Shown here one piece after another: positions 40,030 to 55,166 of a DNA stretch of 64,000 bases (position 1 is its first letter; each line of letters begins with the position of its first letter). The DNA is from Eledone cirrhosa (taxonomy: Eukaryota). Position numbers and translations under genes: made by a program. The notes under the pieces were generated by a model. The model was not told the DNA's origin, made no database searches, and was given only the letters and a program-made list of their open reading frames with translations. The stretch is taken from contig OZ024756.1 in the NCBI GenBank assembly GCA_964016885.1, positions 32,488,001-32,552,000 on the forward strand, read 5' to 3'.

Positions 40030-40410
40030 TGTAGTGACCTACATTCCGCGGGCTCACATACATTCTCTGTGCGTGATTTGGCTCAGTTCAGCCAATCAGC
40101 GCCAGTAGAAGAGGATGTATCCCTACGCGCCCTGAGGAAGAAATTCCCCGCGAAGATTTGAAGAATCTCTCTCTTGTACCAGAAACTTCGAGCCATCAAC
40201 ACGCATAATGTAGCAGTGAGATATTGCACCCCTAGCCCCGCCGGCTTAACGGCGCAATGGCACATTCCCTTTTGTAACCTCTTTTTATCTGTAACTTCAA
40301 CCATATAAATAAACAAACATTTCATCTCTAATTACTGCGGTTGAAGTCGTTATTATGTTACTGGTGTCTCAATAACAACTTTAATCCATGCTGCTGGAAT
40401 TGGCGACCTG
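40030..40410 (+). mobile_element. Possible LTR plus primer-binding-site remnant
   Basis: TGTAGTGA...TCAATAACA(40377), AATAAA at 40308, TGGCGACC at 40401; no TSD or coding remnant seen. Confidence 0.4.
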
Positions 40411-41147
40411 ACGAAAGGAATATTGTAAATAGATGGTAAATAGACCGAGGGACCTTCCCTCACGTCTATGTCAACAAGATAATCCAACGAGGATACTACC
40501 ACTTACCACACTGGCAACTAACGACCAGTGATTCTACCACCCTGCTAAAGTGGCGATAGCATCTATAACCCATAACTGCTAAATATATAACTCACTCCGA
40601 TATATATATATAATATATGTGTGTGTGAATGTATGTATACATATTAGGTATGTCGCAAGAAAATGAATAATTGTCCTTCATACATATATTACCTAAATAC
40701 ATACGTGTATATTTCAGTCTGTTTGTTAGAATGTGAATGTGTGTATAAATTGTAAATTTATCCTAAGAAAATGAATAATCATTTTTATATACATTTTAGC
40801 TAAATAAATGTGTCTATACTTAGAGCCATGTTTTTAGTGTAATAGTGTGTGTTTATTCATGTGTATTTGTAATAGCTGCTTGCGGGTGTTTGTGAGTGTG
40901 TATATATATATATGTGTGTGTTTGTGAGTGTGTATGTATGTGTGTGTGTTTGTGAGTGTGTATGTATGTGTGTGGGGTAGTGTATACATTGTAGCTCTAT
41001 CGCAAAAAAATAAATAATAATTTTTTTATATACATGCATATCCTAAATACATATATGTATATTTTGAGCCACGTTTTTAGTGTGATATTGTCACTTTTTT
41101 ATGTATTTTGTGATACCTCCGCCAACAGCAACAGTTTTCCAAGAGAT

Positions 41148-41360
41148 ATCAACATGAATGGACATGTTATTTTTATCTAAAGACATTTTTTTTCCAATTC
41201 CAGCCCGTCCGTCCCCTCAATCTATCTTATTTCTCATTCTTTCTTCTGATAAAAGACTAGCGTCCGAAGCGTTAAAACCCTCTTTCTGCTATTTCAAGCA
41301 TTAACCTAATATATTCTTTCCATATTCTGTACCGATTCTGTTGTTATTTCTGTTTACCTT
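41148..41360 (+). mobile_element. Family B element with degenerate hammerhead
   Basis: CTGATAAAAGACTAGCGTCCGAAGCGTTAAAACCCTC; colinear with 10706-10920. Confidence 0.75.
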
Positions 41361-41460
41361 ATATATAAAATATATATTTATGTATATATATATATATATA
41401 TATTCTATATGTCTCTCCGCCACTCCCCTACACACCCTTGGAACTCTCTTCCCACACACT

Positions 41461-41498
41461 TTTCATCTGAAGAAGGGCTTATGCTCGAAACGTCGTTC
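41461..41498 (+). ncRNA. Minimal hammerhead-like core in a ~115-bp insert between (TA)n tracts
   Basis: CTGAAGA-a-gggc-ttat-gctc-GAAACGTC; stem I poorly formed. Confidence 0.5.
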
Positions 41499-41513
41499 CC
41501 CACCACCACCCCA

Positions 41514-41552
<39 letters not shown>

Positions 41553-41831
41553 ATTTGCTTTGCAAGATTTCTCATCTGAAAGAGTGTGTTGAAACAGATA
41601 TTGTTATACTTTGGGAAGGTCATGCTGCCGATAAAATCACACGCACCAGTTGGCTTTCACTTCAATTTATTATAGATTTCCAGTTGCCTGGTTGGTTAGT
41701 TGGTTCGATAACCGATTAGTTGTCTATATATTCTCGAAGATCTTTCGTCACACATTCTGTTACCTCCTCAGTCACTTGTGTGTAATATATATATATATAC
41801 ATATAATGTGTGTAATGTATGTATATTTGCA

Positions 41832-41904
<73 letters not shown>

Positions 41905-41934
41905 AGATCGAAAGATGGTTAAACGAGTTCCAAG

Positions 41935-42005
41935 TATTTTATTATGCGCATTTCAAAAACAAATATCATCATGGGATGATATCTGCGTTCTCATCAGATA
42001 AAATA
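41935..42005 (-). ncRNA. Type I hammerhead ribozyme motif (family E, within element 41898-42061)
   Basis: tattttat-CTGATGA-gaacgcagatatcatc-ccat-gatgatatttgttttt-GAA-ATGCGCAT-A-ataaaata: 8-bp stem I, 15/16-bp stem II, palindromic helix III, AUA site. Confidence 0.8.
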
Positions 42006-42082
42006 GTGAAGTTTTAAATCAACATATGCTTTATTGTGCTACAATAAAACTCACCTCCTACATATATATATATATATATATA

Positions 42083-42158
<76 letters not shown>

Positions 42159-42464
42159 ACCTAAATACATATGTGCATATTTCGATCCATGTTTGTTAGT
42201 GTAATTGTAAGTATCTGTTGGATGCTCAGTCACGTGTCTATATGTGTGTATGTATGAATGTATGTATGTGATGGTGTGCAGATATGTCATGGTTAATAGA
42301 TGAGGTGTTATTCACACAGTGCCATACTATAAAGACGCTACCTATGTCTTGGAGGCATTTGGTAAATCTCAATGTTTATTTAGGCTTCAATTTCATATTC
42401 TGCACACAGTAAAGAAAAGCTGACTGTGAATACACCTGCCAACTGTTTAAAGTGTGTTAAATAC

Positions 42465-43500
42465 CTGTTGCTGCTGGTAGAAATGGTGGTGGTAGCGTCA
42501 CTGTTGCTGGTGGTGGTGGTGGTGGTAGCGCCGCTGTTGCTGCTGGCGTTGCTGTTGTTGCTGGTGGTGGCGCTGCTGTTATTGCTGGTGGCGGCGTTGC
42601 TGTTGTTGCTGGTGGTGGTGGTGGTAGCGCCGCTGTTGTTGCTGGTGGTGGTGAAGGCGTTGTTGTTGTTGTTGTTGTTGTGTCTGTTGTTGCTGGTGGA
42701 GGCGGTGAAGTCGGAAGTGGTGTTGTGGCAGCTTGATGCTTGTGGTGGTGGAGGCGGGAGGGTTACTGCTAGTGGCGGCTATATTACTGCTGTTTGTGGT
42801 GGTTGTGTTGGTGGAGGTGGTGAAGGTGTTGCTGCTGTGGTGGTGGTGGTGGTGGTGGTGGTAGTGGTGATGATGGTGGTTGTGTGGCGGCGGAGAAGGT
42901 GGCGTTTCTGTTGTGGTAGTGGTGGTGGTGGTGGTGGTGGTGGTGGTGACGTTGCTGTTATTGCTAGTGGTGGCGGTGTTGCTGTTGATGCTGATGTTGG
43001 TGGTGGTGTTGTTGCTGTTTTTGTTGGTGGTGGTGGTTGGGTTGATTTTAGTGCTGGTAGTTGTGGCTGTTGTCATGGTTCTGGTGGTGGTGTGGGCTTT
43101 GGTAGTGGTGGTAGTATGCTTTCTAATGTTGTTGGAGGAGGAGGTGTTGTTTCTGTTAGTGGGAGTAGCAGATTTCATGGCGGTGTTGTTGTTGTTGCTG
43201 CTAGTGGTGGTGGTGCCGTTGTTGTTGTTGCTGCTGCTGCTAGTGGTCGTGTCGTTGTTGTTGTTGTTGCTGCTAGTGGTGGTGTCGTTGTTGTTGTTGT
43301 TGTTGTTGCTGCTAGTTGTGGTGTCGTTGTTGTTGTTGTTGCTGCTAGTGGTGGTGTCGTTCTTGTTGTTGTTGTTGTTGCTGCTAGTTGTGGTGTCGTT
43401 GTTGTTGTTGTTGCTGCTAGTGGTGGTGTCGTTGTTGTTGTTGTTGTTGTTGCTGCTAGTTGTGGTGTCGTTGTTGTTGTTGTTGTTGCTATTGCCGCCA
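42465..43500. repeat. (GTT/GGT/GCT)n compound repeat ending in ~33-36-bp units gctgctagt(g/t)gtggtgtc(gtt)n
   Basis: Read directly. Confidence 0.9.
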
Positions 43501-43654
43501 TTATCCGTTTTTTTTTTTTTTTGTTATTGTTTTATTTCCTTTTCTTCATGGCAGTGATATTTTTAGAGATTCAAGTCTGTTATAATCTTTCACCAAAGTT
43601 GGAACTGGCAGACGACCACAGACTAATTCTAAGGAATTCGTAGCACAGAATCTT

Positions 43655-44200
43655 TCGTAAAATATATCTGCGGGGGTTTTCACCCAAAATATATCTGCAG
43701 GATTTTCACTCAAATTATATATGCGGGATTTTCACCTAAAATATAACTGCGGGACTTTCAGATAAATTATATCTGCGGGATTTTGATTCAAAATATATCT
43801 GCGTGGGTTTCAGATAAAATATATCTGCGGGATTTTCTCCCAAAATATATCTGCAGGATTTTCACTCAAATTATATATGCGGGCTTTTGACCCAAAATAT
43901 AACTGCGGGGCTTTCAGATAAAATATATCTGCGGGATTTTCTCCCAAAATATATATACGTGGTTTTCAACCAAAATATATCTGCGGGGCTTTCAGATAAA
44001 ATATATCTGCAGAGCTTTCATCCAAAATATATCTGCGGAACTTTCACCCAAGATATATATGCAAGGTTTCCGCCCAAAATATATATGCGGGATTTTCACT
44101 CAAATTGTATATGCGGAATTTTCACCCAAATATATCTGCGAGGTCTCACCCAAGGTATACCAGCACATCTCACCGAAAGTATATCTGTAGTGGTTTTCAA
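43655..44200. repeat. ~26-bp minisatellite aaaatatatctgcgggattttcaccc, about 20 diverged units
   Basis: Read directly. Confidence 0.9.
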
Positions 44201-44579
44201 GTATAGGAAATAAAAATAGCGAACAGAAAGCTTGTGAGATTCTTTTTTGCCTCTAAATATATATCTATTCAATATTTATTTAATATATACATCCACGTAT
44301 ATACCAGTTGATTGGATTAACGGAAATTAACGTTCAAGTGTTTGAACATTACACAAATACTTGTAACATTAGCATTGTTCTTAGTTAGGGGAATTTCCCG
44401 TGACATATTGTGAGTGAAGTATTGGCCTTTTGAATATCCTTGAAAATTAAGTTAAGTGTCCTTGTGTAAGTCAAAGCATTACTGACTAGCATGTCGATTT
44501 AAAGAGCAGCCTGCTCCCTGGTTTAAACGAGTGAAACATTCATCGCTATAGTCAATAATGGTCTAAGAAGAACAGCTAT

Positions 44580-45170
44580 AACATCTACAACATTAACAAT
44601 CACAACAAGCACAGCAATTAACAGCAACCACAACACCTACAATCACAACGACAACAACAACAACAACAACAACATTAACAGCAACAATATCTAGAAAATC
44701 AACAATCGCCACAACGCCAGCAAGAACAACAACAATAGCAACAGCAACAACAACAACACCAACAGTGACATCAAACACAGCCACAACAGTAACAACAGCA
44801 ACAGCATTAAGATAAACATCATCGACATCATCAACACTGACAACAAAAACAAACACAACACAAACATTTACATCATCATCATCATCATCATCAACAACAT
44901 CAACACCAACAGTCACAAGAAAATATCCACAACAGTAACAACAACAGCAGCAGCAACATCATTAACAGTTACAACAATAAGAGGCATACCAACAGCACCA
45001 ATATCAGCAACAAGAATAGCAACAGTCACAAAGGTCACAACAGCCACAGATACAAAGGCCACAACAAAAATCAAAGCAACAGCAACAACAACAGCAGCAA
45101 CATCAGCAGTAATATCAAAAGCAACAGCCACAACAACAATAGCAGCAATAGCAGCTGTAACGAAAACAAA
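44580..45170. repeat. Degenerate (AAC/AGC)n low-complexity tract
   Basis: Read directly. Confidence 0.85.
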
Positions 45171-45820
45171 AACTCCACCTTGCTTGTTCGCCTGAAGACC
45201 TTATACGTTATTGGGCGGAAGAAAATATTCTTAGACTGTTAGCATGCATCTAGAAATGTAGATAGCAATGTGTAAACTGTGAGTAAACTTATGCAGTGTT
45301 TTTAGATGAGGAAAGGAATACCGTCATGCTGGAATTGAAAATGTGATAATATATTCATTGGTTCATTACCATTCCTTGTGCTAACTTTTACCAACATTGC
45401 ATATACAATTAACTACACTCCACTACACTACACACCACACCATTCCACTCCATATATACTTCCACAAGCTACATACTATCAAACACTCCACCGCTACCAA
45501 GACATATCGCTTTCACAGCAATATGGAAACCAGGTAATCTCATTCTAACGTGAAGTTTCGGCGAGAGTTTAAATTGCTATCAGCATCTTTAGTTAGTGAT
45601 TCTCAGAAATTTCCCTATGTTCCACCATTTTCCTGTTCTCACTGTACACACACACACACACACATACACACACACATGCACACACACATGCACACACACT
45701 CTCACACACCCACACCATTTCCTGCTCTCACTGTACACACACATATAGATCCAGACATACATACACACACGTACACCTGTCAATCTAATTAGTTATTTCT
45801 CTGTTTCTCTACGTACCTCA

Positions 45821-45874
<54 letters not shown>

Positions 45875-46118
45875 GTGTACATGTGTATATATGGGTGTAC
45901 ATGTGTATATATATTATATATATGTATATTTGTGTTTGTATATATACGTATAAGTCTGTGTGTGCATATATATGCATATGTCTCTGTGTGCATATATATA
46001 GATGGTTATATATACGTGTGTGAGTGTTCCTGAATGTGTTTATATGTGTGTAAATATATGTATGTCTGTGTGTGTATATGCATATATGTACGTATGCATC
46101 TCACTCTCTCTCACTCTG

Positions 46119-46153
<35 letters not shown>

Positions 46154-47428
46154 ATGTAGTCATATTATATTTCAGTTCAGTCAACTGTCAGTGTTTCCAC
46201 TGATTTCATACATGTTCTCTACAAAATAATGTAAGAATATTGAATTTCACCCCCCCCCCCTCTCTCTCTCTCAATGTTTCCCCTCTATCTCTCTTTCCCT
46301 TCCTCTCTCGGTCACTGTTTGCCTCTCTTTCTCAATACACCTTTGTCTCTCTCTCTCTGTGCCTCTCTCCCTCTAAGCCTATCTAAGTTTGCATCTTACT
46401 ATCTCTCCACCTGTCTCTGTTTGTCTCCCCCTCTCTCTAATTGCTTCTCTCTGATTGTTCCTCTTTTTCCTTCTCTCTACCCTCTCTTACTCGTTCTCTC
46501 TCCCTCTGCCATATCTTACTCGCTCTCATTCCCTCTACCCTCTCTTACTCGCTCTCTCTCTCCCTCTGCCATATCTTACTCGCTCTCTCTCCCTCTGCCA
46601 TATCTTACTCGCTCTGCCATATCTTACTCGCTCTCTCTCCCTCTACCCTCTCTTTCTGCACTCTCCATCTTCCCCCTCTTTCTTTCCCTCTGCCATCTCT
46701 ACCTCTCCCTCTGCCCTCTCTACCTCTCCCTCTGCCTTCTCTTTCTCTCTACCTCTTTCACTCTCCCTCATTACCTTCACCTGCTATTCTTACCAAATTC
46801 CGTCCGTCCGTCCCTCCCCCAATTCCACCAGCTCCTCAATCTATTTATCAACTGATGTGTCTCCCAATTATTGCAACTTCTTGTACGTACAAATTAACAA
46901 CTATTCCACCTCATACCTTCAGACAGTCTTTCTCTCTCTCTTCATTTTCTATAACAGTTGGAGATGTCTCTATAGTATGTATATGTTCTGCTCTTCCAAT
47001 TATCTAGCTCGGATAAGTTCTCACCTTCACTCATGTTGTATTCCAATCAACTGCTAATTAATACAGATAACACGCACTCACTGTCTCTCCCACCCGTACA
47101 CGCACATTTACGTAAATATGCACACACATACATGCACACACATACATACACACACACATATATACATATGCACACATACATGCATAGAACCACATAAGAA
47201 CACAATGGTAATTCAACTTACTCTCAACATCTCAGTGATATGGTCGCTTACTCTCTCTCAAGCACACACACACATACACACACACATGCACAAACACTGG
47301 CACACACACACATACACACAGACATGCACAAACACTGGCACACACACACCTGATCCACATGCACACACACATGCTCTCACGCATACACAACAAGAATTCA
47401 ATTTATACTCAACCACTCAGTGACATGG

Positions 47429-47486
<58 letters not shown>

Positions 47487-49410
47487 ACACACACACATAT
47501 TATGCCACACTCACTTTCCCACACTCACTCATATACACACCCATTGATTCTCACACACACATACACACACTCATACGCACCTACGTCAATACACTTTCCC
47601 TACAACCATACAACTGCTTAGTTACACATACCGTCACTCAGTGACATGGTACCCCACCACACACATACACACACGCACATTGTTTCCCACACACATACAC
47701 ACCTATCCCGATACACTTCCTCACACATCCATTCAATTACTCATTCACTCATAGACACACACTAACGTATATACGCCCACTGTAAATCTATTTCTCACTT
47801 TCTAATAATTTCTTCTGTCTTTAGAGCTATCTTTATTAATAAACGTCTCGAATTGCCGCCGATATATCTTAAACATACATATAGGCGATAATCTACTGCT
47901 TCCAAGTTATTCTACAACGTAAATTGCAGCAACAAATCTTTCCTTTTTTCCCGCTCTTCCTCCCTACAATATTGTCTTCATCTGACGCTCTTGGTCTCTG
48001 TCTGTTGTGTCTGACTGTTTCGTTCTCAAGCATATCTCTCAGAAATTTTCCAAATGAAATGGCCAGTAACAAACACCTCTGAACCAACGGCAAAATTGAA
48101 CTCATTAGCCAAACACCTATACGTTAGACTGCCAAAGACTACCTGCAAACAAGCAGAAGCCCATCTGTCCAGCCAACTGATAAAGAGATATAAATCAAAT
48201 GTATAGGTCATATGTTAAGAAAAAAATAGATGAGGATTTTTTACAATCCAATACTCGAACTCAAACTACGGGGATAGAAGTCTGCTGTACAGACAATATG
48301 GCCTACCAACAATCACAACAAGTTAGAGCGATGATAAAATCAACTAGCATTGCATGGATCTATGTCGATGATTCTCAAAGGAAAGGCGCGTAATCCCCCG
48401 GGAAGTACTTCCAAATCCTAGTTGAAGAATTTTAGGGAGGAATTGTGGAGAATTGTTAGCGAGGACAACAATCGAAACCAGGAAAGAATACTACACATTG
48501 TATATAAATCAAATGGTATACCAATATACTCTTGCATAAGAACAATAACAAGTTATCATTTCACAAAAGCTGTGGCTTCAGAATTAATTCTGTTTGGAAC
48601 TATACAGTCTTAATATTGTACTTGAAAGAAGTATTACTAGATGTCAATTCAAAATGGCAGGGTAGGAAACCTAGAATTGAAAAAAGAAGAATGTTACATG
48701 AGTTTCTTGTAATCAATAGACAATAAATTAGTGTTTAAAAGCTTGCTGAAATTGACATAGTTGCATGTTAAATATTACTAGATGGCAATAAAAAAGAAAA
48801 AAAGGGAACGTTAGTAAACTTGGATTTGAAGCAGGAAGAATGATACAAGGGGCGCTGATAATTACTGGGGCCTACATTTATTTAGGTTTGAAAATCTTGC
48901 TCATGTTACAATGTTCTTGTAAAAAAAAAAGAAAAGAAAAAAAAAAGATGCCAATTTAGAGTTGGGAAGGAATTAAGGGAGCATAGGATTGAAAGCAAAG
49001 GAATGTGACTCGGGTCTCAGAATCTTTGATCTAAATGAAAATAAGCTCATGTGAGAAGGCACGTTGAAAAACTACTTTAGAAAGCCTATGATCTACGAGA
49101 AAACTAAACAAACCATGACGATGATGATCATTATTTTATTATCCGTGTGTTTACCTTGGTATACGAAGATTGGTTAGCTGACAGACATTGAAGTAGAAGA
49201 AAAAATAAAATTACAGAGAGATGTAGGGAAGTGTTAGCTAAAGTAGAGTTCATAGCAAAAGTTTTTTTTTTTTCTTGCTATGTTTCTGCAGATAAAAATA
49301 ACAGAATGATAGCTTTCTTATCATTAATCAACTCGGCTTGGCCTTTTGCAAATACTTATATATATATGTATATATATATATACACACACCCATACATACT
49401 TACATACATA

Positions 49411-49570
<160 letters not shown>

Positions 49571-49832
49571 GTATCTCTATACAGAATGAGAGAGAGAAAA
49601 AGTGAAGAACGGGAGAGAAGGGAGAGAGAAAGAGTGACCAGCTTTCTACATCTGTGTGCTAGACTTGAGATAGGAAAGGATTAACCGTTATTCAAATTAG
49701 TCCAATACAGTCTTAGTCATGAGTACCGTGATACAGTTCGGTTCTATAGATTTATAACCCCCCACCCCCCACAGACACACATAATATATATATGAATATA
49801 TATATATATATATATATATAAATATATATATA

Positions 49833-49896
<64 letters not shown>

Positions 49897-49954
49897 CATA
49901 TATTTCTTTTGCTAAAACATATATCTTGTAGTTTATCAACAAAAAGTTGCTGCG

Positions 49955-49989
<35 letters not shown>

Positions 49990-50629
49990 TAACCCTTAAA
50001 AAAGTATATTCTTATAACAGACAAATTTCTCTTCATTATCGCTAAAACACATTTTCCTGATTTTTTTCCGTTTACAAATGTTTCCCTTATATTCTTCTTG
50101 ATGATTTTCTTTACCTGACTTCAGGAATCTCCGTGTGTTTGCGTTTATTATTACTCATATATATTATTCATATTTTTTATCAATGTGTTGTTTTGTTTTT
50201 TTTAATTCATTCTCATAAAACTAATAATGTTTTATCTTTTTTCATGAATGAAGAAGAAAAAAATGATAAGGTTTACTTTACAACTAACATATTTACACGT
50301 CTGTGTATGTTATAATTCGCATTATCTATGTTAATATTAATGTGCTGGTGATTTAAATTTAAATAATTATCAGACATAATATTCGAAAAGCGGTTAAATG
50401 TAGATGAAAGAAGAAAAAAAGAAAAAAAAGATGGCGTTATAGACAGATCCAGCAAGAATTTAGAACTTGAATCTGTGTTATGTTACAACAGCTGCATGTA
50501 TTTTGCTGAAATATTTTTGGGTATTTTATTTATCTTGAGTTCCTCCTTTCGAAATACTGTCTAGTTGCCGGACTGTCTGCTGTCTGTGAGAGTATATATA
50601 TATATATATATATATATAGCCTGTGTGAA

Positions 50630-50683
<54 letters not shown>

Positions 50684-50805
50684 TATATGTATGTATGTGT
50701 GTAAACCTTCAATTTTTCTCAAACCTTTATAGTAATCGTTGTTATTCACGAGTGACCTCGACAAATATGTAATTTCAGTCACAAAAACACACACACACAC
50801 ACACA

Positions 50806-50842
<37 letters not shown>

Positions 50843-51155
50843 TAGAGAGAGAGAGAGAGAGAATTAAATATTACATAGATATTAAAGAGAGATACAGAGA
50901 GCACACTCTCTCTATATATATATTTATATATTCTAGAATAGAAACCACTAAACATATTATTTAGATGAGGGAGAGAGAGAGGTGGGGAGAAAATGGCTGA
51001 TACAGAGGGACAGACGGTTATATATATATAAGCAGACGGCCAAAGGAAGATCTAGAATCTGAAAGAAAGAAACTTTGACAGAGATATGTACGAACAGAAA
51101 CACAGAGAGGGCGAGAGCAAGTGTGTAAGCGAGAGATAGAGAGGGCAAGAGATAG

Positions 51156-51187
<32 letters not shown>

Positions 51188-52141
51188 CAAGACATAGAGA
51201 GCAATAGATAGAGCAATAAATAGAGAGATAAAGAGCAAGAGATAGAGAGAGTGTGTGTCTGTGAGAGTCAAATGCAACAGGCCTTAGTAAGTATAACATT
51301 ATGAATGTATGTCACAATTAACGTAGTATTTCCGTCCAATTTTCATTGGCCATAAAACGCCATTAGAGTGAAAAATCATCTTTAACGGATATGTCAGTAG
51401 TAGTAGCAGCAGCAGCAGCAGCAGTAGTAGTGGTAGTAGTAGTAGTGGAAGTAGTAGCAGCAGCAGCAGCAAAGGCATTGTCATAGATAATACAGGGAAA
51501 TATGCATGGGCAATGGAAATGTGGAGAACTAGAAAAGAAATAAAAACTACACCAGTAAAAACATGCCTTTTATTGTAAGAAGTAATAGTAGCATTAGTAA
51601 TAGTAGTAATAGTAGTAGTAGTAGTAGTAGCATTAGTAGTAGTAGTAGCATTAGTAGTAGTATTGCTATTGTTAGACACACATGGTAGTAGTGACTATAT
51701 AAACGATTTGCTTTGTATATTAATTTTTAGGTGAAAAAAAACTGAAACAAAAAATGGACGAGGTGAATGTTAAGGGGTTGGGGGTGGAGTATGATGGAAT
51801 ATGTTTCAACAGTTTGACCTTTAGAACATGTCTGCAACATTAAGAATTCTTTCTCCCCAATTTTCTCTCCTATTGCTCTCCTAATTCCTCTCCTCTCACA
51901 ACGCGCCAATCTCCGCCATTGCGACTGCTTCATCTCATTTGCATTCTATCTCACTTTACTCACCCCCCCCCCCACACACATCTACAGTAACCCATATACA
52001 TACACGAAGAGACAATAATACATATGTGTGTGTATATATATATATATATGTGTGTGTTTGTGGGTATGTCATGCATCTCTCTGTCTCACTCTCTCTCTAT
52101 ATATATATATGTTTATATGCATGTATTTATATATTTGTGTG

Positions 52142-52173
<32 letters not shown>

Positions 52174-52198
52174 CATATATATACATATATATATATAT

Positions 52199-52236
<38 letters not shown>

Positions 52237-52246
52237 TTATATATAA

Positions 52247-52279
<33 letters not shown>

Positions 52280-52287
52280 CATATTTA

Positions 52288-52351
<64 letters not shown>

Positions 52352-52702
52352 TATATATATATATACATATTTATATATATATATATATATACATATTTAT
52401 ATATATATATACATATTTATATATATATATATACATATTTATATATATATATATATATATATACATATTTATATATATATATATATATATATACATATTT
52501 ATATATATATACATATTTATATATATATATATATATATATACATATTTATATATATATATATATATATACATATTTATATATATATACATATTTATATAT
52601 ATATATATATATATATATTTATACATATATATATATATATATATATACATATAAAATAAAGTTAAATAAAAGTCAAATGATTAAAATTTAGCTTCGTTTA
52701 TT

Positions 52703-52757
52703 ACTGCTATATATATTTCAGTGACAGCCATCTTTGGCTGTGACCTCTTCAGGCAGT
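52703..52757 (-). ncRNA. Type I hammerhead ribozyme motif (family G, mirror copy)
   Basis: Reverse complement of 52986-53040. Confidence 0.75.
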
Positions 52758-52985
52758 TTGAATTAGTATGGTATAGACAAGTACATATGTTATTTAGGTG
52801 TATGATATTGTCAATACTCTGATATGCCCAGTTCCTTGCTGGGTTGTTAATTCACTGGGGAACTGGAGTCATGACTCCAGTTCCCCAGTGAATTAACAAC
52901 CCAGCAAGGAACTGGGCATATCAGAGTATTGACAATATCATACACCTAAATAACATATGTACTTGTCTATACCATACTAATTCAA

Positions 52986-53040
52986 ACTGCCTGAAGAGGT
53001 CACAGCCAAAGATGGCTGTCACTGAAATATATATAGCAGT
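52986..53040 (+). ncRNA. Type I hammerhead ribozyme motif (family G)
   Basis: actgc-CTGAAGA-ggtcacagcca-aaga-tggctgtcact-GAA-ATATATAT-A-gcagt: 5-bp stem I, 10/11-bp stem II, palindromic helix III, AUA site. Confidence 0.78.
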
Positions 53041-53212
53041 AATAAACGAAGCTAAATTTTAATCATTTGACTTTTATTTAACTTTATTTTACACTACTCC
53101 GGAGTAACCAAACCAACCTGCGCACTTCGTCGAGTGCTCCAGCCTGCATACTGAGGTGTTGGTATACAACCAACATAAACTCAAAATATATATACATATA
53201 TATATATATACA

Positions 53213-53257
<45 letters not shown>

Positions 53258-53272
53258 TTATATATATATACA

Positions 53273-53357
<85 letters not shown>

Positions 53358-53422
53358 TTATATATATATATATATACATATTTATATATATATACATATT
53401 TATATATATATATATACATATT

Positions 53423-53476
<54 letters not shown>

Positions 53477-53482
53477 CATATT

Positions 53483-53517
<35 letters not shown>

Positions 53518-53564
53518 ATATACATATTTATATATATATATATATACATATTTATATATATACA

Positions 53565-53616
<52 letters not shown>

Positions 53617-53867
53617 CATATTTATATATATACCACTCTCCGAACGACAGTAGCTATAACCCGAAAAGAAGAAAAGATCAACATCATGGGTAACCACTGA
53701 GACGCAGGCTTTATATCGGAGTTATCTCAGTTTCCTGAGTTGTCTTCTCCTAGAAGACACCCTGACAACGGCTAGGTGTCCTTCATTCCAAGTGGTTTAA
53801 CCGGGCGGTACATGTGTATATACATATTTACACACTTTCGGATGGCCGATGACTCTTTTGAGTTTTG

Positions 53868-53945
<78 letters not shown>

Positions 53946-53988
53946 GCACACGCGCACACGCACACACGCACACACGCACAAACACACA

Positions 53989-54056
<68 letters not shown>

Positions 54057-54925
54057 CAGAGCGAGAGATTAAGAGGCGGTTAAATATGTCACTATGGAAT
54101 ACTATGCTACATAATTTGACGAGCAGGCTATTCAGTTAATTGCATGAGATGCTACATTGGTTGTAGGAAACGGCATCCCTCTGTATCCTCTAGGGTCATA
54201 TTTTAACGGAGGTATCGGACATGGAAAGCCAGTTAATACCAATTAATGTATCTAGTACATTTGATTAAGTTATTACACAACGCTTAATAAATGCAAAATG
54301 CATAATAAATTTACGCTTAACGCAGGAAAGAATATTCTAGCTTTAAATGATGGAATCTCTTAACAACGATAAGCTATAGTAATTTCTTTTAACACACTAA
54401 CTTGCTTCTTACTAGCAAATTTTGTGAATAATATGAAAATGTAACCTTCTATATTGACGCGTGAAATTGGTTGGGAGAAAAAAAAATGAGGATTATACAT
54501 ACACACATACATACAAGGCTACCTTCACAAATGTATACATACCTACATGCATGCATGCATGCATACACTTAAATATGCATATTTTCTTTATATTTGCTCC
54601 TGCTTTGTATTATATATGATATATATCCCCATTATATGTGGCATACGTATATATCATGTGATACACGTTTGTATTATAAAAAAATATATGTTTCTTTTAT
54701 ATATGTATGCTTATATATGTGATATGTATGCTTGTTTATGTGATATATATCTAAATGGTATTATCCCTATCCATATGAAAGCTATATATATTAAAGGGTA
54801 AGGCAGATATGTGGTGAGAAAGAGGACGTATCGGTAATGAGCTATGCCGATTATCTATATTGAAAGTTATTGATTTCTCTGGGACTACATTTTCAGTTTG
54901 TATTTTATCCCATCATCATCTCTCA

Positions 54926-55166
<241 letters not shown>

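Larger units (their letters stand above)
52652..53186. mobile_element. Family G: 440-bp spacerless palindrome (52652-53091) plus unique tail, within (TA)n
   Basis: Centre gagtca|tgactc at 52871/52872; no mismatch found by eye between the 220-bp arms. Confidence 0.85.

Noticed and set aside
42426-43643. 405-aa Val/Gly/Leu-rich ORF and antisense Thr/Gln-rich ORFs
   Set aside because: Trinucleotide repeat open in several frames on both strands; no domain or splice support
47880-48750. Unique region with several 60-70 aa ORFs
   Set aside because: No recognisable domain; possibly an old retroelement remnant but unsupported
53632-53790. TA-flanked insert with gacacCTGACAA and small hairpins
   Set aside because: Core is non-canonical and lacks a downstream GAAA/helix III; at most a truncated remnant
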